Shown piece by piece: positions 50,123 to 64,000 of a DNA stretch of 64,000 bases (position 1 is the stretch's first letter; each line of letters starts with the position of its first letter). The stretch covers positions 15,934,001 to 15,998,000 of the forward strand of contig OZ024766.1 in assembly GCA_964016885.1 (NCBI GenBank), in the 5' to 3' direction. Both the position numbers and the translations under genes were made by a program. The DNA comes from Eledone cirrhosa (lineage: Eukaryota). The notes under the pieces were generated by a model. The model saw only the letters and a program-made list of their open reading frames with translations, was not told the origin of the DNA and made no database searches.

Positions 50123-50502
50123 AATATCAGATGACATTGGGATAAATTATTATTTTCAATCTTGGATACATCACCTCTATTTATCATCATTTGAAGATTA
50201 AAACTTTTTAAACAGAACTTATATAACACTGTTTATATAAATCTATCAGAATTACTGTGATATATTTCCTCAGAACTGAGTTGAAAGACATAATTCCTTT
50301 TCTTCACTGTGTGGTATATATATGAAAGATATATTTTGTATTTTAACTCAACTTCAATGACAAAGAAGTTTGCATCATCTTCAGGTATTAACTGAGATCA
50401 TAATTGAGGAAAATATAACGGAAGAAATATTTTTTAGGAATATAATATAAAAAATATTAAAGAATAAAATCTGTAAATTCTGCTAAGGGAAGAAGAATTA
50501 GT

Positions 50503-52524
50503 ATGGAAAATAAATTGAGTGAAAAGATTAAATGTGAAACAATGTCTAAAGATATGGCTATTACAGAAGAGATGTCAAAGGATAGAGGAGAGAAGTCATA
50601 TCACTGTGATGTGTGTGGTAAATCATTCTCTCGAAGTAGTAGATTAACTAGCCACAAACGTACACATACAGGAGACAAGCCTTATCACTGTGATATCTGT
50701 GGTAAATCATTCTCTTTTAGTAGTAATTTAACTTCTCACATACGTACTCATACAGGAGACAAGCCTTATAACTGTGATATCTGTGGTAAATCATTCTTTA
50801 ATAATATTAGTTTAACTAGACACGAACGTACCCATTCAGGAGAGAAGCCATATCACTGTGGTAAATCATTCTTTGTTAATAGTAATTTAACTAGACACAA
50901 AAGTATACATACAGGAGAGAAGCCATATCACTGTGATATCTGTGGTAAATCATTCTCTCGAAGAAGTTACTTCACTAGCCACAAACGTACCCATACAGGA
51001 GACAAGCCATATCACTGTGATATCTGTGGTAAATCATTCTCTGATAGTAGTACCTTAACTGGCCACAAACGTATACATACAGGAGACAAGCCATATCACT
51101 GTGATATCTGTGGTAATTCATTCTATAATAGTAGTACCTTAACTGGCCACAAACGTACACATACAGGAGACAAGCCATATCACTGTGATATCTGTGGTAA
51201 ATCATTCTCTTTTAGTAGTAATTTAACTTCTCACATACGTACTCATACAGGAGACAAGCCTTATCACTGTGATATCTGTGGTAAATCATTCTTTGTTAAT
51301 AGTAATTTAACTAGACACAAAATTATACATACAGGAAAGAAGCCATATCACTGTGATATCTGTGGTAAATCATTCTCTCGAAGAAGTTACTTAACTGGCC
51401 ACAAACGGACACATACAGGAGAGAAGCCATATCACTGTGATATCTGTGGTAAATCATTCTCTGATAGTAGTACCTTAACTGGCCACAAACGTATACATAC
51501 AGGAGAGAAGCCATATAACTGTGATATCTGTTGTAAATCTTTCTTTAATAATATTAGTTTAACTAGACACGAACATACCCATTCAGGAGAGAAGCCATAT
51601 CACTGTGATATCTGTGGTAAATCATTCTTTGTTAATAGTAATTTAACTAGACACAAAAGTATACATACAAGAGAGAAGCCATATCACTGTGATATCTGTG
51701 GTAAATCATTCTCTGAAAGTGGTACCTTAACTAGCCACAAACGTATCCATACAGGAGAGAAGCCATACCACTGTGATATCTGTGGTAAATCATTCTCTCA
51801 AAGTAGTACCTTAACTAGACACAAACGTATACATACAGGAGAGAAGCCATATAACTGTGATGTCTGTGGTAAATCTTTTTCTGAAAGTGGTACCTTAACT
51901 AGACACAAACGTATACATACAGTAGAGAAGTCGTATCACTGTGATATCTGTGGTAAATCATTCTTTGTTAATAGTAATTTAATAAGACACAAACGTAAAC
52001 ATACAGGAGACAAGCCATATCACTGTGATATCTGTGGTAAATCATTCTTTGTTAATAGTAAATTAACTAGACACAAACGTATACATAAAGTAGACAAGCC
52101 ATACCACTGTGATATCTGTGGTAAATCATTCTCTGAAAGTGGTACCTTAACTAGACACAAACGTACACATACAGGAGACAAGCCATATCGCTGTGATATC
52201 TGTGGTAAATCATTCTCTGTTAGTGGTAGCTTAACTAACCACAGACGTATACATACAAGAGAGAAGCCATATCACTGTGATACCTGTGGTAAATCATTCT
52301 CTCAAAGTCCTGGCTTAACTAGCCACAAACGTACTCATACAGGAGAGAAGCCATATCACTGTGATATCTGTGGTAAATCATTCTCTGAAAGTGGTAACTT
52401 AACTAGCCACAAACGTATACATGCAGGAGAGAAGCCATATCACTGTGATATCTGTGGTAAATCATTCTCTCAATTTAGTAGTTTAACTAGACACAAATAT
52501 ACCCATACAGGTAAAAAACCATAA
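50503..52524 (+). CDS. Poly-C2H2 zinc-finger protein, 23 finger repeats (gene 5; finger 4 lacks one Cys)
   Basis: 673 aa = 32 + 23x28 - 3; in-frame 9-bp deletion gives YHCGKSF. Confidence 0.95.
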   Translation: MENKLSEKIKCETMSKDMAITEEMSKDRGEKSYHCDVCGKSFSRSSRLTSHKRTHTGDKPYHCDICGKSFSFSSNLTSHIRTHTGDKPYNCDICGKSFFNNISLTRHERTHSGEKPYHCGKSFFVNSNLTRHKSIHTGEKPYHCDICGKSFSRRSYFTSHKRTHTGDKPYHCDICGKSFSDSSTLTGHKRIHTGDKPYHCDICGNSFYNSSTLTGHKRTHTGDKPYHCDICGKSFSFSSNLTSHIRTHTGDKPYHCDICGKSFFVNSNLTRHKIIHTGKKPYHCDICGKSFSRRSYLTGHKRTHTGEKPYHCDICGKSFSDSSTLTGHKRIHTGEKPYNCDICCKSFFNNISLTRHEHTHSGEKPYHCDICGKSFFVNSNLTRHKSIHTREKPYHCDICGKSFSESGTLTSHKRIHTGEKPYHCDICGKSFSQSSTLTRHKRIHTGEKPYNCDVCGKSFSESGTLTRHKRIHTVEKSYHCDICGKSFFVNSNLIRHKRKHTGDKPYHCDICGKSFFVNSKLTRHKRIHKVDKPYHCDICGKSFSESGTLTRHKRTHTGDKPYRCDICGKSFSVSGSLTNHRRIHTREKPYHCDTCGKSFSQSPGLTSHKRTHTGEKPYHCDICGKSFSESGNLTSHKRIHAGEKPYHCDICGKSFSQFSSLTRHKYTHTGKKP

Positions 52525-53597
52525 TAAAGTCATATCTCATTGTTTCAAAATTGTAAATTAATTAGACACAAATACATTCATATGAGTGAGAAGCCATACC
52601 ACTGTGATATTGTGGAGAAATTATTCTCTTGTATTGCTACATTAACTACATACAAACATAAATATATACTGGAGAAAAGCCATATTACTGTGATATCTCT
52701 GGAAATTGTTATCTATAAAAGATAGCTTAACTAGACACAAACATATACATACTGGAGAGAAACCATATCACTGATATCTGTGGGAAATCATTCTCTGAAA
52801 TAAGTCACTTCACTCAGCATTAACATTTACAGAAAAGGAACCATATCACTGTGATATCTGTAGTAAATCATTCTCTAAATATTGTGGCTTCACTATACAC
52901 TAACATATACAGGAGAGGAACCATATCACTGATATCTGCAGTAAATCATTCTCTAAATGTTGAGGCTTCCCTACACACTAACATATACAGGAGAGGAACC
53001 ATATCACTGTGATGTCTGTGGTAAATCATTTTCTAAATGTTGTGGTACCAACATAAGGTTACTTAATGTAACACAAACACAATCAGACAAGATAAAAACT
53101 ATGTCACTCAGCCAAAAGAGTGCCACCAATGTTGTTAATGTTTTGAATAAAACTTGTTTGTTCTGAAATTATTCTCCTTTCATTTTATTTGTAGAAGTTG
53201 TAACCAAGACTTATGCTGACAAATCTGTATGGTACAGAATTTACAAACACTATATATATATATATGTGCCAAAAATTCTATGATCTCGGTTTACAGCTGA
53301 TGAAGGGTTTCTTCTCTCCTTTCATCCATATTACCATCTTAAACTTTGTTTACAGTAACCACACAACTCCTTTCGTTTCTTATAATTTGATATATATATA
53401 TAACAAAGGAGGTGTGGTAAAGAACCAGATGGACCATATACGCACCAGAGTACTCAATACTTACGGTAGTAGAGCGGGTAATAGGAAAATGTTTAACCCC
53501 GACGGCAGAGCTCAATCCGTTTCGACGGCTATTTCTGGAAACAGTCCAGAAATAACCGTCGAAATAGCTTGAGCTCTGCGTCGGAGTTAAACATTTT

Positions 53598-53633
<36 letters not shown>

Positions 53634-53920
53634 CGTGTATATGTCAGTGTGTAGAAATTTCTGTCCATGAAAATGATTATCTTTATTTGTGTATATGTAT
53701 GTGTATGTTTATGTGTTCTTATATACATGTGTGCACATCTTGATATATTTTCAGTGTCTGTTCTAGTTCTCAGAGTACAAATCCCACTGAGGTAAAGTTG
53801 CTTCGTTATTTTGAGGTCAATAAATGAAATACCAGTGTAATACTGGGGTGGTTAATTCCTCTTCTTTGTCGTTGTCTGTTTGTCTACTCTTCTCTTTCTC
53901 TGTATTTATATATATATATA

Positions 53921-54116
53921 TCCAAAATTAAGATAAATTAAAATAAAATTAATCTATATCAAATTATGGGTGTCATGCCAGAAAGACATGAGCCATATCA
54001 CCCGTAAAATAAGCTCCATGGAGCTTATTTTACGGGTGATATGGCGCATGTCTTTCTGGCATGACACCCATAATTTGATATAGATTAATTTTATTTTAAT
54101 TTATCTTAATTTTTGA
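53921..54116. repeat. Palindrome B, near-perfect (98-bp arms, no spacer)
   Basis: Centre between 54018 and 54019; about two arm mismatches seen by eye. Confidence 0.93.
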
Positions 54117-54570
54117 TATATATAAATACGGCCTCTTAATTGTAGAGATAACTCTGTTGAAAGGACCTGACTGCTGTTTCTAGTTGTCAATAACCCTATT
54201 CACGCCACTGGGACGAAGCTGGTATGATGTGTGTATTTTTAGTAGATACAGCACGTGTTACTGGTCAGTCGCTGATTTGAACTTGATGCGTAAACACAGA
54301 TGGTTGGACTTCTTCCTGGTTGAGAATCCAAGATCTGGCTACTGTCGTTTACCAATCGATTAATTGGTGAAATATATTTCTTTAATGGAATATATACAAG
54401 GAAGATTAATCATTTTCTAACGTATCTATTTTTGAAGTTCTAGTTAAACTTTATTTAGTTACCTACCTAGCTATGTGTGCTTACACACTTTTACAAATTA
54501 TCCCCTGTGATTGTTTCATATGTTTATTTATATTTCAATCAATTTCTAGTTGATATATATATATATATAT

Positions 54571-54856
54571 CAGTTCAATTCTCAGACCGGGTGATGTGTT
54601 GTTTCCTTGAGCAAGACACTTTATTTCACATTGCTCCAGTTTACTCAGCTGTAGAAATGAAATGATAGGGACTGGGGTCCCTATCATTCCACTTTAAAGT
54701 GGTCGTGGAGGTGCCACGGCAAAAAAGCACCCAGCACTCACTGTAAATGAGGTTGGTGTTAGGAAGGGCATCCAGCTGTAGAATTCAAGCCAGAATCAGT
54801 TCCCGTCTCACCCTTGCAAGCAGGGAAAAGTGGACGTAAAATGAAATGATGATGAT
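54571..54856 (+). mobile_element. 5'-truncated CORE-like SINE with RTE-derived tail, inserted in (TA)n
   Basis: B-box remnant gttcaattc. tccttgagcaagacacttt...ccagtttactcagctgtagaaatg resembles the MIR CORE domain. Tail from 54697 matches the LINE 3' UTR and ends in (gat)n. Absent from the other cassettes. Confidence 0.82.
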
Positions 54857-55813
54857 ATGTATATATATATACACGTGGAAAAGTAAGATATAGCAGAATA
54901 GACCGTTAAAAGATGTTTATTTAAAATAGCACCTATGTACATTTCACCTGGATGGGCTTCTCAAGGGTATAAATAACTAAAAAGTGTTCTTTACATGGCC
55001 CAGAATGTGTTTTTAGAGATAAGTTCACGTCAGAGTTCATTCTTCGCAAAAAAGCGTGTTTTGATGTTGCAGTAGGTCAAGGGAGGTAACTCTAGCTGGT
55101 GTTAGGGCAGTCTTTCCCGGAAAATTTTTTTATCTGTTAAAAGATATGGTTACAACCCTACCATTGTCGATACGCACAGGGTCAGGTATGCAACGTTTGT
55201 TTGCTGCACCTGCCCGCCTGGGTCATATGAAGCCATGTCTGGGATGCATGGTTAGTTTCCGGATCTTTTTTGCAGCGCCTGCTATATATATATATATATA
55301 TGAGCGAGACACGGTCACCCGAACTAACTTGCTTCTAAATACGACAAACCCGTCCAACCCATGCTAGCATGGAAGATAGACATTAATCAATGATGATGAT
55401 ATCTAGGGATTGTAACATTATTACCACAACAGAAGTCTGACAAGCTTTTAATTCCAGAGTCAGGCTAGATCAATACAGATCAAACCTTGAGCTGATCGAT
55501 AGCAAAACGTGCATCACTGCTCAATAAATGTAATGAAGACATGACAAATTGTCCTCTCGCTCTCTCTCTATATATAGAGAAAAGGTGAAGTTGGAAATAG
55601 CACGGAAAATATATGTTAGGGCCTGTTTTTCTGTTACATATCTTTTGATTCGCTAAAGTGACCCTATTGAAAAAATCATCATTCATCATCATTTCATTTC
55701 ACGTCCGCTTTTTCCCTGCTTGCAAGGGTAGTACGGGAACTGATTGTGGCTTGATTTCTAAAGATGGATGCCCTTCCTAACGCCAACCTCATTTACAGTG
55801 AGTGCTGGGTGTT

Positions 55814-58244
55814 GTCATGTTGAATGTTTTTCAAGATGTTGTGGTAGGCATATTTCTGGTCATCCACCAGTCAAGGTTAATTTTCATCCACAAACTTACG
55901 CAACACTTCAATATCATGGTTTGTCTCCTGAAAAACTGATCGTATTACCTCAATTTCTTCTGGCTCTGGCATCCTGCATTGCTATTCATTACTGGAATTC
56001 AATGGGACAGGTTGCACAGAGGTTGATTGTAAATCCTGGAGGTAGATTCCACATATATATTGCGATAACGTCTTTGGGCTAGGTGTAGATAGTCGTCTGA
56101 CATATTGTTTTTGGGCTAGGTGTAGATAGTCGTCTGACATATTGTTTTTGTACTCCTGCCAGGGTAGATGAGATGTATTCCACATGCTGTGGGTATAGTA
56201 GCAGACAACTGTCTTAGTTAACTGGCTACTCCAGTGACTGCTCCTTCTAGTACCCTCTCCCAATATCAGTTGTCATACAGAAGTCCATGGCTGTCTTATT
56301 TAACTGGCTACTCCAGTGACTGCTCCCTCTAGTCCCTTCTTCCAATGTCAGTTGTCATACAGGAGTCCATGGCTGTCTTATTTAACTAGCTACTCCAGTG
56401 ACTGCTACTTCTAGTCCCTTCTTCCAATGTCAGTTGTCATACAGGAGTCCATGATTGTCTTATTTAACTGGCTACTCCAGTGACTGCTCCTTCTAGTCTC
56501 TTCTTCCAATGTCAGTTGTCATACAGGAGTCCATGGCTGTCTTATTTTACTGGCTACTCCAGTGACTGCTCCTTCTAGTCTCTTCTTCCAATGTCAGTGG
56601 TCATACAGGTGTCCATGGCTGTCTTATTTAACTAGATACTCCAGTGACTGCTCCTTCTAGTCCCTTCTTCCAATGTCAGTTGTCATACAGGAGTCCATAG
56701 CTGTCTTATTTAACTGGCTACTCCAGTGACTACTCCTTCTAGTCCCTTTTTCCAATGTCAGTTGTCATACAGGTGTCCATGGCTGTCTTATTTAACTGGC
56801 TACTGCAGTGACTGCTCCTTCTAGTCTCTTCTTCCAATGTCAGTTGACATACAAGTGTGTCCATGGCTGTATTATTTAACTGACTGCTCCTGTGACTGCT
56901 CCCTCTAGTCCCTTCTTCCAATGTCAGTTGTCATACAAGTGTCCATGGCTGTCTTATTTAACTGACCACTCCAGTGACTGCTCCCTCTAGTCCCTTCTTC
57001 CAATGTTAGTTGTCATACAGGTGTCACTGGCTCTCTTATTTAACTGGCTACTCCGGTGACTGCTCCTTCTAGTCCCTTCTTCCAATGTCAGTTGTCATAC
57101 AGGTGTCCATGTCTGTCTTATTTAACTGGCTACTCCAGTGACTGTTCCTTCTAGTCCCTTCTTCCAATGTCAGTTGTCATATAGGTGTCCATGGCTGTCT
57201 TATTTAACTGGCTACTCCAGTGACTGCTCCTTCTAGTCCCTTCTTCCAATGTCAGTTCTCATACAGGAGTCCATGGCTGTCTTATTTAACTGGCCACTCC
57301 AGTGACTGCTCCTTCTAGTCCCTTCTTCCAATGTCAGTTGTCATACAGGTGTCCATGGCTGTCTTATTTAACTGGCTACTCCAGTGACTACTACTTCTAG
57401 TCCCTTCTTCCAATGTCAGTTGTCATACAGGAGTCCATGGCTGTCTTATTTAACTGGCTACTCCAGTGACTGCTCCTTCTAGTCCCTTCTTCCAATCTCA
57501 GTTGTCATATAGAAGTTCATGGCTGTCTTATTTAACTGGCTACTCCTGTGACTGCTCCCTCTAGTCCCTTCTTCCGATGTCAGTTGTCATACAGGTGTCC
57601 ATGGCTGTCTTATTTAACTGGCCACTCCAGTGACTGCTCCTTCTAGTCTCTTCTTCCAATGTCAGTTGTCATACAGGCGTCCATGGCTGTCTTATTTAAC
57701 TGGCTACTGCAGTGACTGCTCCTTCTAGTCTCTTCTTCCAATGTCAGTTGTCATACAGGAGTCCATAGCTGTCTTATTTAACTGGCTACTCCAGTGACTG
57801 CCCCTTCTTGTCTCTTCTTCCAATGTCGATTGCCATGCAGGAGTTGATGTTCTTTAGATGCTTCTCGGTATGTGCTGCACTCTTCCACCAAATCACCTGA
57901 GATCCTCAATTGACGTTGGTCCTTGAACAATATGCAGAAGTGGCTGTAAATAAAAACTCTCTCTGTTGTTGGGGTGGTCATTGTAAACATGCCCAATAGC
58001 ATCACTTGCCTTGACTTCATCACCTTGCACTAAATGACCCTGCTTCCTTTGATTCCAAGTCTTACAATTGGTCCAGGTGTAGTATTTTGGGATGTCAGCA
58101 TATAGGAGGGATCGAACAAATTCTTTATTCTGGCAGTGTTTCAAAAAAGCAGTTAGAGTAGTGTCAGGTGGTGCTGGTGTCAACTGATGAGCAGTGGTTT
58201 CAGGGAAGTACACACTCTGTCCATTTTCTATATGTATAGAGATA
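55814..58244 (-). pseudogene. Helitron RepHel fragment with internal minisatellite, cassette 6
   Basis: ORFs 57893..58258, 57778..58023 and 55982..56263; small ~38-bp tandem duplication near 56072-56150. Confidence 0.85.
56211..57826. repeat. 82-bp minisatellite, about 20 copies
   Basis: Same unit. Confidence 0.97.
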
Positions 58245-59129
58245 AGGATGAAAAGCAAAGTTAATCCCTCAGAGGTTAGCTTTGCCTTTCATCCCTACGG
58301 GTTTGATAAAATAAAGTACCAGTAATGTACTGGGGTATTGCTGGCCTTGTGCCTAATGTAGAAACAATTATTACGTGGTCGATAAAATAAAGTACCAGTA
58401 ATTCACTGCCGTATTTACTGGCCTTGTGCCTAAAGTAGAAACAATTATTACGGGGTCGATAAAATAAAGTACCAGTAATACACTAGGGTAATTGCTGGCC
58501 TTGTGCCAAAAGTAGAAACAATTATCACATTTCTTTTTAATAAATCACATCACTATAGAATTAAATACGACTGGAAATGTGTGTGAAGGTACTAAATTAT
58601 GTCAGGGACTTGTCACGTTTGACACCGTACGAGAGTCGAAACATTCGCTAAGACACCGAGTACCTGCTGTCTTCGTTATAACTTTAATTAATCTAATTAT
58701 ATCTTGTGTAACAATTATATATATATACACACACACAATTTTAATTCCCCGACATCAGTCTTACACTGTCATATATATTCTTACTTTACAATTGTGTCTA
58801 CTAAGAATTCCATTACAATCTAGTAAAACTACTATTTCACCAGAACATCTGCTATCAGTCATTTATAGACAATATATATATTTTAGACCACATATCAACC
58901 TAATATATATATTTCCTATCAAATCTGTAGCTAAAGACATAAAGTCAGCCTCACTACTTCATTCTGACAAGATATCAATTTATGACTAAAGATGAAGAAG
59001 ATACACCAACGTTAATGTCGTGAAATAAAGCTGATAACATTGAAACTTCTAATTTGATAACAAAGAGATTATTTCTTTGGTTGTTTAGTAACAACTAACA
59101 ACACAATACATTGATTATATGTGAAGGAG

Positions 59130-60912
59130 GTAAGTTGACAAAGATTTACTTAATGTCTATATTAATGTGTGTAAATAATATAATTACTTGAACCTTACAA
59201 CGATCTAGTAATTAACCAGATTCCACTGTTACATGTGATATAAAATATATTGTTATGACTGTCTTTATTATTTAAATTACCTCCGTCTATTTAATTATGT
59301 GGTTCACTACCTTACATTATAAAATATAGTTTATATTTAGCTGTACCTTGTTATTGCTTTAAGTAAATTAAAGATATATTTATTATTTATATTACCCCCG
59401 TCAATTTAATTATCTTGTTCACTACCATACATTATAAAATATAGTTTATATTTAGCTGTACCTTGTTATTGCTTTAAGTAAATTAAAGATATATTTATTA
59501 TTTAAATTACCCCCGTCAATTTAATTATCTTGTTCACTACCTTACATTATAAAGTATATTTTATATTCAGTTTTAGTCTAAATCTCTTACAATTTAATTA
59601 ACTTCATCTACTTATGGTTGAACATTACTTTATTGTGGGTTTCATTTCATTATAATTATGTCTGATTAGCCAGCCAAGTAGGGGTTGAGTATCTGTATTT
59701 CAGGGAACTGCTTTGATGGTGAAGGGACATCTGTTGGTGTGGGATCTCGGTGGCTGTACATAATAAGGTTCTAATACTCTAAAGAGCTAGCTGAATAACC
59801 GTCTGATACATGTCTTGTATAGAGGATCATAAAGCCACGTATAGAAGAGCAGTCAGCAATGTCAGGATTAACATTCATTATAGTGAAGTGGCAGTATCGG
59901 TAGAGAGTCGGACACCATGGTTTGAGGCACAGAGTTACGTCCCTTTATGATCTGAGTTCAAATCCCGCCGAGGTTAACTTTGCCTTACATCCATACGGGG
60001 TTGATAAAATAAAGTACCAGTAATGTACTGGGTAATTGCTGGCCTTGTGTTTAAAATAGAAACAATTATAGTGAAGAATTTGGAGTGTAGTCTGGTGTCC
60101 ACCAGGGCTCTGTTCTTAGCCCTCACTTAGTTATTATCGTCCTGCAGCCTATAACAGAGATGTTTAAGACTGGCTGCCCATGGGAACTCCTGTATGCTCA
60201 GCAGGTCCTGAAGAATGCGATCATGTGCATTTTCAAGGTCTATAAAACGATAATATATACCTCTTAGCAATACTCCCACGATTTCTCAAAGACCTGCCAC
60301 AGTGTGAATATTTGGTGGGTTATGTTGCACCCAGGGAGAAAACAGCACTGTCCATCAGCTAGCTTGGACTCGCTACATCACTTTGCCAGAAACTTTGCAT
60401 ATACTTTACCAGGGAGTCTTAACAAGGTGATCCCTCTCTATTTGGAACAATCTCTCGTGTGTCCCTTTTTATAAATTGGGATTATCACTCCCGATTGCCT
60501 TTGCTTGAGTGCCATTTCAGAGACCCAGGCCATCTGACACACATGAGTCGGTCACATTTGAGCTCTTTAATTGCTCTTGTGACCTCAGCCTCCGAGAGAT
60601 TAGTCACCGCTATCAGATTCACATCATGTACATCCAAAGATGCTGTTGTGATCAGGTTTGGGAGATCAGCAAAGAATTCTCTCCACCTCATGAGGATCCA
60701 TCTCTCTGAAGAGAAAAGAACCCCAGATGCACTCATGGTTGCAGGTGTGGAGGAAGATTTCTTGTAACTAATTTAACTAATTAAAAACTAAAATAATTTG
60801 ATTTTTCAATAAAAAGTTTCCAGGGTTTATAGATGTAAAATTTCCACTGTTAAATCTATCTCTGCTTCTTAAGTATTCTCTATTATTTCATACTGTTTCT
60901 TTTTCATTTCAG
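59130..60912 (+). other. Putative 5'-UTR intron of ZNF gene 6 (3 copies of the 115-bp repeat)
   Basis: GAG|GTAAGT ... tttcatttcAG. Confidence 0.7.
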
Positions 60913-61286
60913 AATATCAGATGACATTAGGATAAATTATTATTTTCAATCTTGGATACATCACCTCTATTTATCATCATTTGAAGATTAAAACTTTTTA
61001 AACAGAACTTATATAACACTGTTTATATAAATCTATCAGAATTACTGTGATATATTTCCTCAGAACTGAGTTTAAAGACAAAATTCCTTTTCTTCACTGT
61101 GTGGTATATATATATGAGAGATATATTTTGTATTTTAACTCAGCTTCAATGACAAAGAAGTTTGCATCATCTTCAGGTATTAACTGAGATCATAATTGAG
61201 GGAAATATAACAGAAATAATATTTTTTAGGAAAAAAAATATTAAAGAATAACATCTGTAAATTCTGCCAAGGGTAGAAGAATTATT

Positions 61287-62900
61287 ATGGAAAATAAATT
61301 GAGTGAAAAGAAGATTAAATGTGAAACAATGTCTAAAGATATGGCTATTCCAGAAGAGATGTTAAAGGATAGAGGAGAGAAGCCATATCACTGTGATGTT
61401 TGTGGTAAATCATTCTCTGAAAGTAGTACCTTAACTAGCCACAAACGTACACATACAGGAGAGAAGCCATATCACTGTGATATCTGTGGTAAATCATTCT
61501 TTGTTAATGGTGAATTAACTAGACACAAACGTACACATACAGGTGAGAAGCCATATCACTGTGATATCTGTGGTGAATCATTCTCTCAAAGTAGTACCTT
61601 AACTAGCCACAAACGTACACATACAGGAGAGAAGCCATATCACTGTGATATCTGTGGTAAATCATTTTCTGGAAGTGGTCATTTAAATAGCCACATGCGT
61701 ATACATACAGGTGAGAAGCCATATCACTGTGATATCTGTAGTAAATCATTCTCTTTTAGGAGTAATTTAACTAGCCACGTGCGTATACATATAGGTGACA
61801 AACCATATCACTGTGATATCTGTGGTAAATCATTCTCTCGAAGTAGTATATTAACTTGTCACATCCGTACCCATACAGGTGATAAGCCATATCACTGTGA
61901 TGTCTGTGGTAAATCATTCTCTCACAGTGATACCTTAACTAGCCACGTACGTACCCATACAGGAGACAAACCATATAACTGTGATATCTGTGGTAAATCA
62001 TTCTCTAAAAGTAGTATATTAACTAACCACATGCTTATACATATAGGTGAGAAACCATATTGCTGTGATATCTGTGGTAAATCATTCTTTGTTAATAGTG
62101 AATTAACTAGACACAAACGTACACATACAGGTGAGAAGCCATATCACTGTGATATTTGTGGTAAATCATTCTCTGAAAGTGGTAGCTTAACTAGACACAA
62201 ACGTATACATACAGGAGAGAAACCATATCACTGTGATATCTGTGGTAAATCATTCTCTCGAAGTAGTCATTTAACTACACACAAACATATACATACAGGA
62301 GAGAAGCCATATCACTGTGATATCTGTGGTAAATCATTCTCTTTTAGTAGTAATTTAACTTCTCACATACGTACTCATACAGGAGACAAGCCTTATCACT
62401 GTGATATCTGTGGTAAATCATTCTTTGTTAATAGTAATTTAACTAGTCACAAAAGTATACATACAGGAGAGAAACCATATCGCTGTGATATCTGTGGTCA
62501 ATCATTCTCTCTAAGTAGTATATTAACTTATCACATCCGTACCCATACAGGTGACAAGCCATATCACTGTGATATCTGTGGTAAATCATTCTCTAGAAGT
62601 GGTAACTTAACTACACACAAACGTATACATACAGTAGAGAAGCCAAATCACTGTGATATCTGTGGTAAATCATTCTCTGAAAGTAGTAATTTAACTAGCC
62701 ACATGCGTACCCATACAGGTGACAAACCATATCACTGTCATATCTGTGGTAAATCATTCTCTCGAAGAAGTTACTTAACTCAACACTTACGTATCCATAC
62801 AGGTGAGAAGCCACATCGCTGTGATATCTGTGGTAAATCATTCTCTCAATTAAGTAGTTTAACTAGACACAAACATAACCATACAGGTAAGAAACCATAA
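61287..62900 (+). CDS. Poly-C2H2 zinc-finger protein, 18 fingers (gene 6)
   Basis: 537 aa = 33 + 18x28. Confidence 0.95.
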   Translation: MENKLSEKKIKCETMSKDMAIPEEMLKDRGEKPYHCDVCGKSFSESSTLTSHKRTHTGEKPYHCDICGKSFFVNGELTRHKRTHTGEKPYHCDICGESFSQSSTLTSHKRTHTGEKPYHCDICGKSFSGSGHLNSHMRIHTGEKPYHCDICSKSFSFRSNLTSHVRIHIGDKPYHCDICGKSFSRSSILTCHIRTHTGDKPYHCDVCGKSFSHSDTLTSHVRTHTGDKPYNCDICGKSFSKSSILTNHMLIHIGEKPYCCDICGKSFFVNSELTRHKRTHTGEKPYHCDICGKSFSESGSLTRHKRIHTGEKPYHCDICGKSFSRSSHLTTHKHIHTGEKPYHCDICGKSFSFSSNLTSHIRTHTGDKPYHCDICGKSFFVNSNLTSHKSIHTGEKPYRCDICGQSFSLSSILTYHIRTHTGDKPYHCDICGKSFSRSGNLTTHKRIHTVEKPNHCDICGKSFSESSNLTSHMRTHTGDKPYHCHICGKSFSRRSYLTQHLRIHTGEKPHRCDICGKSFSQLSSLTRHKHNHTGKKP

Positions 62901-62983
62901 CAAAGTCATATCTCATTGTCTCAAAATTGTAAATTAATTAGACACAAATACATTCATATGAGTGAGAAGCCATACCACTGTGA

Positions 62984-63172
<189 letters not shown>

Positions 63173-63623
63173 TGAAATAAGTCACTTCACTCAGCACTAA
63201 CATTTACAGAAAAGGAACCATATCGTTGTGATATCTGCAGTAAATCATTCTCTAAATGTTGTGGCTTCCCTACACACTAACATATACAGGAGAGGAACCA
63301 TATCACTGTGATATCTGCAGTAAATCCTTCTCTAAATGTGGCTTCACTAGACACTAACATATACAGGAGAGGAACCATATCACTGTGTTGTCTGTGGTAA
63401 ATCATTTTCTAAATGTTGTGGTACCAACACAAGGTTACTTAATGTAACACAAACACAATCAGACAAGATAAAAACCATGTCACTCAGCCAAAATAGTGCC
63501 ACCAATGTTGTTAATGTTTTGAATAAAACTTGTTTGTTCTGAAATTATTCTCCTTTCATTTTATTTGTAGAAGTTGTAACCAAGACTTATGCTGACAAAT
63601 CTGTATGGTACAGAATTTACAAA

Positions 63624-63668
<45 letters not shown>

Positions 63669-64000
63669 CCAAAACATCTATGATCTCGGTTTACAGCTGA
63701 TGAAGGGTTTCTTCTCTCCTTTCATCCATATTACCATCTTAAACTTTGTTTACAGTAACCACACAGCTCCTTTCGTTTCTTATATATATATATATAACAA
63801 AGGAGGTGTGGTAAAGAACCAGATGGACCATATACGCACCAGAGTACTCGATACTTAGGGTAGTAGAGCGGGTAATAGGAAAATGTTTAACCCCGACGGC
63901 AGAGCTCAATCTGTTTCGACGGCTATTTCTGGAAACAGTCCAGACATAACCGTCGAAATGGCTTCAGCTCTGCCGTCGGGGTTAAACATTTTCCTATATA

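Overview
Eukaryotic, AT-rich, repeat-dense DNA. The single-coding-exon [10 protein letters not shown]-type C2H2 gene cluster, the RTE LINE/SINE tails ending in (GAT)n and the many (TA)n tracts suggest a coleoid cephalopod such as Octopus; this is an inference. The window is a head-to-tail array of an 8-12 kb cassette: six complete copies plus the 3' flank of a seventh at the left edge. Each cassette has, in order: a decayed minus-strand Helitron Rep/helicase fragment whose coding sequence has expanded into an 82-bp minisatellite (about 7-57 copies); a SINE-tail tandem; a putative non-coding exon; a ~2 kb 5'-UTR intron containing a 115-bp repeat, two RT fragments and a SINE; a poly-C2H2 zinc-finger ORF (18, 10, 10, 14, 23 and 18 finger repeats); a tail of dead fingers; a polyA signal; and two long palindromes. 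A near-intact 4.4 kb RTE-clade LINE (APE-RT with a PHD-like C4HC3 insert) and a CORE-like SINE sharing its 3' tail sit in paralogous copies of the same (TA)n tract. Cassettes 2 and 3 are almost identical and their junction lies inside the Helitron-derived minisatellite, pointing to minisatellite-mediated unequal crossover as one route of ZNF gene amplification. Coordinates of degenerate repeats were read by eye and may be off by a few bases.
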